Shown: in pieces, positions 17,124-25,864 of the stretch
How the letters are laid out: each line of letters starts with the position of its first letter
Numbering within the stretch: position 1 is the stretch's first letter
The notes under the pieces: generated by a model
Told to the model about the DNA's origin: nothing
The model's input: only the letters and a program-made list of their open reading frames with translations
Databases searched by the model: none
Position numbers and translations under genes: made by a program
IMG/VR virus record: IMGVR_UViG_3300044796_000056
Coordinates: 1-64,000 of that record
From: a virus
Reading direction: 5' to 3' (one strand)
Length of the DNA: 64,000 bases

Positions 17124-17133
17124 ATCTTTATAT

Positions 17134-17228
17134 GCTCCATAGCTCAGGTGAGCGGGTGCGTTTTATAAGCGCGCGAGAGTGGCCGGACTGGCTGCAACGG
17201 GCAGGTTCGAGTCCTGTATGGAGTACCA
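17134..17228 (+). tRNA. tRNA-Ile(TAT) with long variable arm and short D arm
   Basis: GCTCCAT/ATGGAGT, loop TTTATAA, ~25-nt extra arm, ACCA. Confidence 0.8.
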
Positions 17229-17232
17229 TCAT

Positions 17233-17310
17233 GCCTCTGTGGCGAAACTGGCAAACGCGGCGAACTTAAAATCCGCTCCATTGTGGGTTCGACTCCCTCC
17301 TGAGGCACCA
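17233..17310 (+). tRNA. tRNA-Leu(TAA), short variable loop
   Basis: Loop CTTAAAA, ACCA. Confidence 0.85.
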
Positions 17311-17312
17311 TT

Positions 17313-17532
17313 TGATTGATCTCCCGGGATGTGCCGGGTGAAGATTCGGGTCGGCGAAAGCCGAGAGCGAGAGTGAGTGTAAGCCTGTAAGATCGGGTCA
17401 GCTGAGTACAGCACATGCTTCTAAAGAGTCGATGACAACTACCAGCGAAGACAGGGTCTTTGATACGCTGGGATACAAATCCTGAACTGTTGTCTAAAGC
17501 ACCACGAGCGGTAGTCCAATCCGCATCAATCA
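17313..17532 (+). ncRNA. 220-nt structured RNA of unknown class
   Basis: TGATTGAT/ATCAATCA closing helix filling an inter-tRNA gap; TCGGC-GAAA-GCCGA. Confidence 0.5.
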
Positions 17533-17540
17533 TCTTCTTC

Positions 17541-17614
17541 GACTGTATAGCTCAATGGTAGAGCAACGCCACGACACGGCGAAGACCAAGGCTCGATTCC
17601 TTGTACGGTCACCA
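17541..17614 (+). tRNA. tRNA-Val(GAC)
   Basis: Loop ACGACAC (non-U33), ACCA. Confidence 0.85.
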
Positions 17615-17616
17615 TA

Positions 17617-18144
17617 TCAATTCAAAGGCAATCCTCTTGACTTACGACCGTTGCCCCTATTCCTACCATGAGCAGTAGGAGTCATCGCGTGGCAATTAGG
17701 ACACAACAATCTAAGGTTTGATGGGAGATTATTCCCAGCATTCCCATCGATATGATCCAGTTCAAGTGGAATGGGTGATACTTTCCAATCTGTTAGAAGA
17801 CAGTCTTCACATTTATGTCCTCTCAAATCTATGAGATATCTTTTCAGATAATATCTATCGGTGTAGCTGCCAGAAAGTATTTTTTGCTCTCGATTATCAC
17901 GTATCTTTTCAAGGGTGAGTTTGTCTGATTTAGGCTTGCCTGTTCCTAATCTGTTATTGGTCAATTTGATAGCACAAGAATGAGAACAGAAAGTGTATTT
18001 CCTACGGTCATAATCTATCACCTTCCCACACCACTTACATAGTGTGGGATTTTCTAGATAGTGTTTTATATTCGCTGCTCGTTTTGCGTTGGATGTTGCT
18101 ATGGAGGCAGCGCCTCCCAATTTTCCCGCTTCTGATTTGTTCAT
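17617..18144 (-). CDS. HNH homing endonuclease
   Basis: CKWC/CSHSC, LELDHIDGN...NLRLLCPNCH; AT-rich and antisense to the array. Confidence 0.9.
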   Translation of the reverse strand: MNKSEAGKLGGAASIATSNAKRAANIKHYLENPTLCKWCGKVIDYDRRKYTFCSHSCAIKLTNNRLGTGKPKSDKLTLEKIRDNREQKILSGSYTDRYYLKRYLIDLRGHKCEDCLLTDWKVSPIPLELDHIDGNAGNNLPSNLRLLCPNCHAMTPTAHGRNRGNGRKSRGLPLN

Positions 18145-18146
18145 AT

Positions 18147-18220
18147 GCCCTTGTAGTCTAATGGTAAGACAGTTTCTTGGTAAGAAACAGTATTTAGTTC
18201 GATTCTAAACTAGGGCACCA
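18147..18220 (+). tRNA. tRNA-Thr(GGT)
   Basis: Loop TTGGTAA, ACCA. Confidence 0.88.
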
Positions 18221-18231
18221 TTATTCGTTCC

Positions 18232-18260
18232 TCACAGTTCGATTCTGTGTTGGGGCTCCA
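18232..18260 (+). pseudogene. orphan 3' half of a tRNA
   Basis: CACAG-TTCGATT-CTGTG-TTGGGGC-TCCA with no matching 5' half. Confidence 0.6.
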
Positions 18261-18383
18261 GTTTCGATGATTTGTCAAGTCCCATATTTCGTAGGAGTGT
18301 CTTCTAACGAGGATTCTCGAGACCAAACAAGCCATCGATCTCAATTGTTTACTCTTACAGTTAGATAGAGTATGATAGTATAC

Positions 18384-18539
18384 ATGAAGACGGTCGCTAT
18401 GGTGATTGTGTTCGCAGCCTTAACGGGCTGCGCCAATGCCCGTATCTATGCGTTTTGTGATAAACGTATCGACAAGGACCAGAAGACACATTATCATTGC
18501 GACAAACAACATATGATTGGTTTTGGCTATAAATTCTGA
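18384..18539 (+). CDS. small lipoprotein (51 aa, not in ORF track)
   Basis: MKTVAMVIVFAALTGC lipobox; ATG just after promoter. Confidence 0.6.
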   Translation: MKTVAMVIVFAALTGCANARIYAFCDKRIDKDQKTHYHCDKQHMIGFGYKF

Positions 18540-18547
18540 GGTGTGAC

Positions 18548-18877
18548 TTGAGCAACATTGTACTATTGAAATTGATCAGCGACGTTGATTTGGTCGCACA
18601 ACGAGTTTCCGAGCCGAACGTAGCACCGCTGAAGGTTCAGCATTGCGTTCAGCTATTGATGCAGCAGGATCCTCAATCCGGTAAGATTGGTTTCGTACCA
18701 ATGCCGTGGGGAGTGCTGGCAGGTTCTGATTTTATCTTCACGTTCGATGATACGAAGCTGGTCTATGGACTAGAGGCTCCGGCCGAACTTGAAGCACTGT
18801 ATCGTAAAATTCATGGTATGGTGGAATTGCCTTCCAAGGGACTGTTGATCCCAGGACAAGGTCCAAGCAAGAGATAA
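18548..18877 (+). CDS. conserved T4-like hypothetical protein
   Basis: GAGGTG RBS; LLKL..G/D and F.PW pattern. Confidence 0.6.
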   Translation: MSNIVLLKLISDVDLVAQRVSEPNVAPLKVQHCVQLLMQQDPQSGKIGFVPMPWGVLAGSDFIFTFDDTKLVYGLEAPAELEALYRKIHGMVELPSKGLLIPGQGPSKR

Positions 18878-18883
18878 GTTTAT

Positions 18884-18961
18884 GTTGTGGTGGCTGAGCG
18901 GCCCAAAGCATCTGTCTGCAAAACAGTAACACCATCGGTTCAAATCCGATCCACAACTCCA
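18884..18961 (+). tRNA. tRNA-Cys(GCA)
   Basis: Loop CTGCAAA, U73, CCA. Confidence 0.92.
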
Positions 18962-19013
18962 AATTCGCGCTGCGTGCTAAATAATATCATGATGTTACAT
19001 TGATAGGTGATTT

Positions 19014-19619
19014 ATGTCAGCGATGGATGTGTTGGTTGTCGATAAGGGTGGAAACCCTCGGGACTGGTTGAACTACCAGGACACCGTTAAGGCTTACGCA
19101 GAGGATAGGGTTATTTGTAACCTAGGATCTCACGTGCGCACTTATGTCGGTGGCCGCAATTCAACTGGCAAGCTCTCTAAGATTGAGATCTCATCTATTG
19201 TTATGGTCACCGGCCCAGTGCTTGGTGAGAAGTTCAAGTTCCGTGTAACCAAGTTCGCTGAGCGTCCTATTCTGTACGCTCGTGACTGCTACATGTGCGC
19301 TTACTGTGGTATCGTCCATAAGGACACGAAGTCAATTGATCTTCATTTGACCATTGATCATGTGATGCCTCGCTCACGCGGTGGTGATCACACTTGGACG
19401 AATACGGTAACGTCGTGCGCTGCTTGTAACCACGGTAAGGCAGACAGGACTCCGGAGGAAGCAGGAATGCAGCTTCTGTATGTTCCTTACGCACCTAACC
19501 TTCAGGAGAAGCTACTTCTGAAGAACCGCAAGGTGAAGGCCGATCAGATGGATTACTTGTTGTCTGTCATTCCGAAGACTTCAAGGATTCACCAGAACGT
19601 TCAACATTTGCGTAATTGA
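19014..19619 (+). CDS. HNH endonuclease (McrA-like)
   Basis: RDCYMCAYCG, TIDHVMPRSRGG..W.N.V.SC..CN. Confidence 0.9.
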   Translation: MSAMDVLVVDKGGNPRDWLNYQDTVKAYAEDRVICNLGSHVRTYVGGRNSTGKLSKIEISSIVMVTGPVLGEKFKFRVTKFAERPILYARDCYMCAYCGIVHKDTKSIDLHLTIDHVMPRSRGGDHTWTNTVTSCAACNHGKADRTPEEAGMQLLYVPYAPNLQEKLLLKNRKVKADQMDYLLSVIPKTSRIHQNVQHLRN

Positions 19620-19622
19620 TAT

Positions 19623-19712
19623 AGAAGGTTGCCAGAGTGGTCTAATGGCGCAGTTTGCTAAACTGATGGTTCCGAAAGGGGCACAAGGGTTCAAATCCCT
19701 TACCTTCTGCCA
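19623..19712 (+). tRNA. tRNA-Ser(GCT)
   Basis: Loop TTGCTAA, long V arm, GCCA. Confidence 0.94.
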
Positions 19713-20030
19713 GAGTTTCCGGTTAACCTCGTAAGAGGCCCAATCGGTTCGTTGAGTATAGAGGCTCAATGTTCAGGTATTGCAACCTGTGATAAGCCTT
19801 GGGACAAATAATGTCACTCCCGCCGTTGCTAAGTGGATAGGGCATAACAAACTCCGAGGATACATTTGATATGACGAGTAAAGAAGAGGTATGGGCCGAT
19901 CGTTGCTTCGTCATGATGGAGATAAGGAATCTTGTTCCACTACTCCAGGGAGAGCTCCTTGCCCGGTACAACGAGTTCCTTCTCAAGCCGATTGAGTACC
20001 GCAACTATATTCGTGAACTGGTGATACATT

Positions 20031-20498
20031 ATGACACGTGACGCACAAACAATCGCAAAAGAACTTCAAGAGATCGAACGCAAGAAGCGCGACCTTCAAG
20101 ATGAACAAACTAAGCTCTACTGGGCTTCCGAGCGCTTGAAGCGCCAAGCCAAGAAGAGCACATTGACGGCTGGTAGCTGGGTGAATGGCATAGGCCAGAT
20201 CATCACGACTGGAGATCTTTGTGTTGGTGTCACGGCTAACCGAGGAGCCAAAGTCACGGTTGGTACCTTTGCAGGATTCAGAGAACGTGGTGGCAAGGTC
20301 ACTTCAGTCAGTCTGAACATCATGAAGGAAGTCTATTACTACCAGACAACCGATGGTAAGCTTCACAAGCGATATCCTCTGGTTGATGGACGTAGGAACT
20401 ACAGCATCTCTTACTCCAGAATCAAGAAGCAAGAGATCCGCCGACAGTCATTCACACAGATGCGGGTTTACAAGATCCAACCGACGCAGACAGATTAA
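20031..20498 (+). CDS. hypothetical protein, paralog of 20846-21370
   Basis: Shared N.xG.II..GD motif. Confidence 0.6.
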   Translation: MTRDAQTIAKELQEIERKKRDLQDEQTKLYWASERLKRQAKKSTLTAGSWVNGIGQIITTGDLCVGVTANRGAKVTVGTFAGFRERGGKVTSVSLNIMKEVYYYQTTDGKLHKRYPLVDGRRNYSISYSRIKKQEIRRQSFTQMRVYKIQPTQTD

Positions 20499-20570
20499 CG
20501 CGGCTGGATTAGCAGCCAAACGGACGCCACACCGTCTGAGAGCCCAAGACCGGTTAAGGGTGCAGGAAAT

Positions 20571-20789
20571 GTGGCACTGATTCAACAAGTCGACCTAACG
20601 CGGCAGATAAGGATGTTTGTCGAGGAAGTTCGCGACTGGCGCAGAGGACGAGTAGGAGCGAAAGCGACAAACTACCGTGATACAGCCAGCAATCTAAACA
20701 GAACCAGGGAATCCTTTGCTTATTGGTTCGGGTTAGAGCACCCACTCAACGGAGTGGGATTGATCGAAAGGTCTTTAGGCAAATGTTAG
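20571..20789 (+). CDS. hypothetical protein
   Basis: AGGA RBS before GTG. Confidence 0.4.
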   Translation: MALIQQVDLTRQIRMFVEEVRDWRRGRVGAKATNYRDTASNLNRTRESFAYWFGLEHPLNGVGLIERSLGKC

Positions 20790-20845
20790 GATAGAACAGA
20801 ATCGCGGCTACGGACTTGTTGATAATTTATTAAGATGGAGTTAAT

Positions 20846-21370
20846 ATGGCATTGCGCAAACCAGTTGAACTTCCCTATGAGAATGATCTAGGTCACATCA
20901 TCAATGTTGGTGATAAGGTCTTGATCGTAACTACCGGCTACAGTCACAGCGTCTCGGTACGCATGGGCACCTACCTGGGCAAGATCCGCGACGACAAGGA
21001 CAGCGATTACGAATCTGGTTGTGTCGTGATGGTAGATGAAGAGCGCAGGGTTCTCCGTCACAAGGAAACCAATGAGGAGCTCGACTGGGAGAAACACATC
21101 GAACCGGCTACCGGTCCACGTCCTGAGTATCCCACACTACACCATGTGCAATGGCTGAGCAGAGTTCGTCTGACTGATGAACAGAACAAAGAGAATGCTG
21201 AACGCCAGGCAGCGCACAAGGTTGCCACCGATCTGTATAATGCTAAGCAGGTGGAAGTGATGAAGAACTTCCACCACGTCTATGAACCATACACTCGGCG
21301 CACAACTTTGCAGCGGAACCGGATCTATCCAGTGAACATGGGTCTCAAAGAGTTCATCCGACAGATCTAA
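20846..21370 (+). CDS. hypothetical protein
   Basis: GGAG RBS; paralog of 20031-20498. Confidence 0.65.
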   Translation: MALRKPVELPYENDLGHIINVGDKVLIVTTGYSHSVSVRMGTYLGKIRDDKDSDYESGCVVMVDEERRVLRHKETNEELDWEKHIEPATGPRPEYPTLHHVQWLSRVRLTDEQNKENAERQAAHKVATDLYNAKQVEVMKNFHHVYEPYTRRTTLQRNRIYPVNMGLKEFIRQI

Positions 21371-21385
21371 TAAATATCTGATAAC

Positions 21386-21460
21386 GCTCTGTAAGTGTTA
21401 CCGGTAGCACAGTTGTTTCGTAAGCAACAGGCTAGGGTTCGACTCCCTAACAGAGCACCA
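21386..21460 (+). tRNA. tRNA-Thr(CGT)
   Basis: Loop TTCGTAA, ACCA; TAAATA late-type motif upstream. Confidence 0.92.
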
Positions 21461-21474
21461 CTTCAAGGATCCGC

Positions 21475-21789
21475 ATGCTTCCGATGATCAAGTGGACGGA
21501 GAAGCGCTCCCGGCAGCGCAACATGACCCTACACAATCACGTAGCCGTCATGGTCATCAAAGATGGCAAACGTCTTTGGGGGAAAGTTCTCAACCTTTCA
21601 ATTGGTGGCGCATTGATTCACTTTGATGAAAGTTTGGAAGCCACTAAAAACAGTCGCTTGGAACTTGTTTTCACCAACGCGCTAAATAACGGCAAGCTAG
21701 TCAAGGTCTTCTTCAAGATGGGAACTGTGATCCACATCACAGGTGGCAATATTGGTCTAGCGATAGGAAATCGAACGATCAAACTCTAA
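21475..21789 (+). CDS. PilZ-domain (c-di-GMP-binding) protein
   Basis: EKRSRQR (RxxxR) and NLSIGGA (D/NxSxGG) motifs. Confidence 0.8.
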   Translation: MLPMIKWTEKRSRQRNMTLHNHVAVMVIKDGKRLWGKVLNLSIGGALIHFDESLEATKNSRLELVFTNALNNGKLVKVFFKMGTVIHITGGNIGLAIGNRTIKL

Positions 21790-21886
21790 ACCTTCCAGGA
21801 GCTCCATGCTCACCTTAATCACCATTTCTGCTGGTATTTTGGTCACACTTTACTTCTGTGCTGTGTTCGAGTATAATAGTCGTCAT

Positions 21887-22339
21887 ATGAACAAGACTCT
21901 CTACATCGTCCGAGGCCTGCCAGGTTCTGGTAAGTCTACTCTTGCGGCCCAAATGGCCGAGGAGAAGGGTATCACCTACCATGAGACCGACCAATTCCTC
22001 TACAACGATGCTGGTGTCTATGAATGGTCAGAGGAACGGCTGGGCCGAGCTATTGACCTTTGCTATGATCAGGTTTTGTCCAAGATCAACGACGGCAAGT
22101 CTGTGATAGCCGTTGGTTGCTACACCCGCTGGCGCGCCTTCCGTGACTATGTGGAATTGGGTCACAAGCACGGCTACCAGGTAGAGATCATCACTTGCCT
22201 GGGCGAGTTTGGATCCATCCACGGGATTCCAAAGGACAAGTACGAGAAGATGAAGACCCGTTTCATCGCCAGCAAGGCTCTCCCTCAGCAAGCCGGTATC
22301 AAGTACACCGAGCATCTGCCAGAACCGTGCTTGTTTTGA
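21887..22339 (+). CDS. P-loop kinase (AAA_33 / polynucleotide-kinase-like)
   Basis: LYIVRGLPGSGKST, SIHGIP. Confidence 0.85.
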   Translation: MNKTLYIVRGLPGSGKSTLAAQMAEEKGITYHETDQFLYNDAGVYEWSEERLGRAIDLCYDQVLSKINDGKSVIAVGCYTRWRAFRDYVELGHKHGYQVEIITCLGEFGSIHGIPKDKYEKMKTRFIASKALPQQAGIKYTEHLPEPCLF

Positions 22340-22540
22340 CCAGATTCTGTTCTTACAGAACCGGATAGACGAACTGTCGGAGGAGATCTCCTCCCTTCGG
22401 GCATTAAGTAAAATGACTCAGTCACAAGGCCACCTCTCTGCCATCCGGCTCCTAGAGACGAGGAGAGATTCCTTTCTACAGGCCATCGAGCTATGGCGCG
22501 CCGTTCTGAAGGTCTACCCGAACATTGAAGAAGTTCAGAA

Positions 22541-22621
22541 CCGTTAACTAGCGCTCGAAAATATCTTAAGAATAAGTTAAATCAGCAACTATTCATAAGA
22601 ATTAGGCGTATAATAGTCCAC
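22541..22621 (+). repeat. promoter cassette repeat copy 1
   Basis: CGTTAACTAG...TAAGTTAAATCAGC...GCGTATAAT-7nt-ATG. Confidence 0.75.
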
Positions 22622-22846
22622 ATGAATAAAGAAATACCTGCTCGTTTCGTCGGCCGCGTCGGTGATCGTCTCCTAGTGAATGCTAGTGAGTTCCTCGGTA
22701 CTCCGGCTGCTATGTCCACCGTCGTTGAAGTCACTGACTTCGGCTATCTGGTTCACGTTGACGGTGATGAGCCTGAGTGGTTTGGTCCTGTGGATTTCGA
22801 CGGTAACGTCCTGATTGAATCTCCCTCCGGCTTGGTGCGCGCCTAA
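22622..22846 (+). CDS. hypothetical protein
   Basis: Leaderless start after cassette repeat. Confidence 0.65.
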   Translation: MNKEIPARFVGRVGDRLLVNASEFLGTPAAMSTVVEVTDFGYLVHVDGDEPEWFGPVDFDGNVLIESPSGLVRA

Positions 22847-23088
22847 TGTACAAAGTCTTCGACAAGCGTATTTCTGGAATGAAGTACGAGCTCCGTGAGA
22901 TCCAGCCTACCCTCGGCAAGAACTACTGGATCGTCCGCGATGAGACCGGCAAGATGGTCGCTCTTTGCTTCGACAACATCTACCTTTTCCCTCTCGCTTC
23001 CCACTACGCTCTGATCTTGGATGAGAAAGCTCAGCAGGCGTATGATCTTGCCCGCGATCAACAGGACGCGGCTGAAGCGTACCGCTGA
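22846..23088 (+). CDS. hypothetical protein
   Basis: TAATG coupling. Confidence 0.65.
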   Translation: MYKVFDKRISGMKYELREIQPTLGKNYWIVRDETGKMVALCFDNIYLFPLASHYALILDEKAQQAYDLARDQQDAAEAYR

Positions 23089-23140
23089 CGAAGATGAAGA
23101 GCGTGCACGACGTGCACTGTACGACACCGTCATCGTGTGC

Positions 23141-23231
23141 TAAACCGGTACTAGTTAACGTTCTGGAAATATTGTTCGCTATTAAGTTAAATTAGCACCC
23201 TAAGTGACAGATTAAGCGTATAATACTTCCC
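23141..23231 (+). repeat. promoter cassette repeat copy 2
   Basis: CGGTACTAGTTAACGTT...TGTTCG...TAAGTTAAAT...GCGTATAAT. Confidence 0.9.
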
Positions 23232-23474
23232 ATGACTACAGAAACTGAAAAGCGCAAGGAAGCCACCCAGGCCAAGGCCGCTGCGTTCATCGCCGCTGTC
23301 CAGGCTGTGATGAAGGCTCATGAAGTCACCGAGTTTGCGGTGCACATGGAGTCTGGTCGCGGCTGGGAAGGTTACACTGGCGCGCACATTGAGATCGAGT
23401 TTGCGTCGCATTCGACGGAAGCCGGTTACGAGTACTTCGACACGACTGAGATTTCTGGGATTGAGGTAAAGTAA
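23232..23474 (+). CDS. hypothetical protein
   Basis: Leaderless start after repeat. Confidence 0.65.
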   Translation: MTTETEKRKEATQAKAAAFIAAVQAVMKAHEVTEFAVHMESGRGWEGYTGAHIEIEFASHSTEAGYEYFDTTEISGIEVK

Positions 23475-23847
23475 TGACTCTCAAGATCAAGTGGAAGGTT
23501 GCCGATGCGCCGACTGGCCGGTATCGTTCTTTTCAGAGCCGCTCCTGGCCGTCTGCGTCTGTGAACGACAAGCAGGTCGCCTATGTGGTCTGCAAGTTCA
23601 CCGGTGATCAGGGTGCCCTCTTCGCTGACTACAAAGCGCGTCTGGCCAAGGACTGCTCTTCTGGTTGGGGTCCCGCTGAGTTGATCGTGAAGATCGCTGA
23701 CTACCATGGTGATCCTCTCAACCCAACGCCTCCTTCGTCTGGAAGCAGTTGAAGGCTCGTTTTCAGAACATGGATGATGTGAAGGCTGCCGTGCTGGCGT
23801 TCTACACCAAGAATCCTGACTGGTTGCCCAAGGAACAAGTCAAGTGA
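23474..23847 (+). pseudogene. hypothetical protein, apparent frameshift near 23722
   Basis: Alternative frame continues NASFVWKQLKARF... to TGA 23845-23847, overlapping the next GTG start. Confidence 0.5.
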
Positions 23848-24044
23848 TACTCGAAGGCATTACACAGAAAGGCCGGAACCGCGTCAACGAGCTAGGCTCG
23901 GAATGGCAGTTGGTGCGGGTGGCCGATTCTGTTCAATTCAATCCGGAGCGCGGCCCATGGCTGCTGGTTCAACCTCCCGGTCGGCCGGACAAGAGCCGCT
24001 GGGTGCATCACCGCCATGATCCTGACTTCAAAGTGATCCAGTAA
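23844..24044 (+). CDS. hypothetical protein
   Basis: GTGA coupling; ends at next repeat. Confidence 0.6.
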   Translation: MILEGITQKGRNRVNELGSEWQLVRVADSVQFNPERGPWLLVQPPGRPDKSRWVHHRHDPDFKVIQ

Positions 24045-24131
24045 ACGGTACTAGTTAACGTTTCGTAAATGTTGTTCGAAAATAAGTTAAATCAGCACCC
24101 TAAGTGACCGATTAAGCGTATAATACTCTGT
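24042..24131 (+). repeat. promoter cassette repeat copy 3
   Basis: Near-identical to copy 2. Confidence 0.9.
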
Positions 24132-24350
24132 ATGCTAACTACTAAACAACAGATTGAAATGTGCGGTGAAACCTTCGCCGATCTTAAGGCCGGATACGAG
24201 CAGGCGCTCGGTCACAAATTGGTCTACGTTTCCGGTTTCCTCAGCGACGCCCAGGAAATGATGGTCCACGGTCAGACGGAGGGTGCCCGCAAGATTCTGA
24301 ACGCGGCCAAATACCTCCTGTCCCTTCAAGTCGAAAAGGATCTGTCGTAA
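24132..24350 (+). CDS. hypothetical protein
   Basis: Leaderless start after repeat. Confidence 0.65.
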   Translation: MLTTKQQIEMCGETFADLKAGYEQALGHKLVYVSGFLSDAQEMMVHGQTEGARKILNAAKYLLSLQVEKDLS

Positions 24351-24715
24351 TGATCAGCAAACAGCATGCGCAACTCGTCCACAGGGACCTCCTGGCCGCT
24401 ATCGACGCGGTTTGTAAGGACCACGGACTGACGCGCGTCAAGAGCTCCCTCTCCTACGGTGCCATGTTTGACATGCGCCTGCAATTGCAGACAGCCGGTG
24501 GACCTACCAAGGAAGAGGTCACCTACAACCGGTATGCGCCGTTCCTGCGTCTGCCGCCGCTCCACACCAAGTTCAACCACGACAGCTTCGAAGTTGTGGG
24601 TCTGCGCGTTGGTGGTCCGTACAAGTCGCTGATCTACAAGAATCTGGCGAACAACAAGCTGTACAAGATGTCCGTCCAAGACGCCATCACAACCTACCCG
24701 GATCTGCGCAAGTGA
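24350..24715 (+). CDS. hypothetical protein
   Basis: TAATG coupling. Confidence 0.65.
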   Translation: MISKQHAQLVHRDLLAAIDAVCKDHGLTRVKSSLSYGAMFDMRLQLQTAGGPTKEEVTYNRYAPFLRLPPLHTKFNHDSFEVVGLRVGGPYKSLIYKNLANNKLYKMSVQDAITTYPDLRK

Positions 24716-24939
24716 GTGGTTTCGTGTTCAAAGCCGGTCCGCCCAAGGCATGTGAGGCAGCTTCGATCAAACAGATCGAGGCGCTCGCCAACCAGAAGGC
24801 AGCGGCTATCACTGGCGCGAAGTCGGTTGGCGGTGGCACCATCAAGGTGTTCACGGCTCCACACGTTCCCTTCAATTACTACATCAAGGACAGCGCGGCT
24901 CTCCGTAAGATCCTCGCGCGGTTCGGAGTGGAAATCTAA
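24712..24939 (+). CDS. hypothetical protein
   Basis: GTGA coupling. Confidence 0.55.
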   Translation: MSGFVFKAGPPKACEAASIKQIEALANQKAAAITGAKSVGGGTIKVFTAPHVPFNYYIKDSAALRKILARFGVEI

Positions 24940-25163
24940 TGTACGGCATCACTGTCACCAACTGGACCGAGGCAACTCGCACGCGACTTCAATTCGGTTG
25001 CTTCGATGTGGCACAGGTCGTCAAGACCAAGCTGGAAGCATTGGACCTACGCTCCATGAATTGGGACATCGGCCCGATCGAACAGATCAGCACAGCCGGT
25101 TACGATCGCGGCAGCAATGAGAAGGCTCGTGCCGACCTGATCATGTACATCCTTCTGTCATAA
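24939..25163 (+). CDS. hypothetical protein
   Basis: TAATG coupling. Confidence 0.6.
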   Translation: MYGITVTNWTEATRTRLQFGCFDVAQVVKTKLEALDLRSMNWDIGPIEQISTAGYDRGSNEKARADLIMYILLS

Positions 25164-25250
25164 ACCGGTACTAGTTAACGTTCCGGTAATTCTGTTCGCA
25201 ATTAAGTTAAATCGTGCCCCTTTCTGTACGATTCAGCGTATAATGGCTAC
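25161..25250 (+). repeat. promoter cassette repeat copy 4
   Basis: Same motif blocks and spacing. Confidence 0.85.
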
Positions 25251-25267
25251 ATGATTAAGAGAACACC

Positions 25268-25561
25268 ATGCGCTTCAAACCTCTGAAAAACACGACACGA
25301 CTTTGTTTCCGTTTCGATGATTGTCATGAGTACAACGTCAGCATCACGACGCTGGACCGGACCATCGGCTCGGCACACCATCTGCGAGCAGCCCATGCGG
25401 CGTTGCGTGCGCTCGAAGCAGTCCGGCGCGTTTCCTATGAAATCGGCGATCGTCTGGATGATAAAGTCAAGGATGATACGGAAGTCTGGTCTCCCAAGGT
25501 CGAAGGTTGCTGGGATGGTGAGAACGTCTCTGTGGAGATCCTTCCCAAGCGAAAACGTTAA
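25268..25561 (+). CDS. hypothetical protein
   Basis: Fills the cassette between repeats. Confidence 0.55.
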   Translation: MRFKPLKNTTRLCFRFDDCHEYNVSITTLDRTIGSAHHLRAAHAALRALEAVRRVSYEIGDRLDDKVKDDTEVWSPKVEGCWDGENVSVEILPKRKR

Positions 25562-25641
25562 CTCGTCACGCTTTCAAAAGATTGTTCGGGAATAAGTTAA
25601 ATCAGGAACCTTTCCGCCAAAACAGGCGTATAATACCTCCC
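25553..25641 (+). repeat. promoter cassette repeat copy 5 (upstream box inverted)
   Basis: AACGTTAACTCGT...TGTTCG...TAAGTTAAATCAG...GCGTATAAT. Confidence 0.8.
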
Positions 25642-25827
25642 ATGATCAAGCTAACGAAAGAACAGAAGAAAGCGCTCACCGCGTACAACTACGCGCTGCA
25701 GCAGGAAGACCGTTACATGGGCTCTGTGTTTGTCACGGCCCACGGCCAGCGGCTCCAGGAAGCCAAGACCAAGGTAGCCTATGACGCCTGCAAGGCTCTC
25801 GGCATGACCCACGAACACGGTCTGTAA
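25642..25827 (+). CDS. hypothetical protein
   Basis: Leaderless ATG after repeat. Confidence 0.6.
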   Translation: MIKLTKEQKKALTAYNYALQQEDRYMGSVFVTAHGQRLQEAKTKVAYDACKALGMTHEHGL

Positions 25828-25864
25828 AACTCTTACAACAGAACAAGGTATAATAGGAACCATC

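Noticed and set aside
10520-17533. Many short ORFs in the ORF track across the RNA island
   Set aside because: They overlap tRNAs or structured RNAs and lack RBS or protein motifs
11572-18260. Theta (HDV-like) or hammerhead ribozymes after tRNAs
   Set aside because: I could not find the nested double pseudoknot with catalytic C, or a CUGAUGA/GAAA core, by eye; a motif search is needed
23147-23162. GTACTAGTTAAC as a TrpR operator
   Set aside because: Only one half-site matches; the second AGTAC arm is missing, so it is a resemblance only
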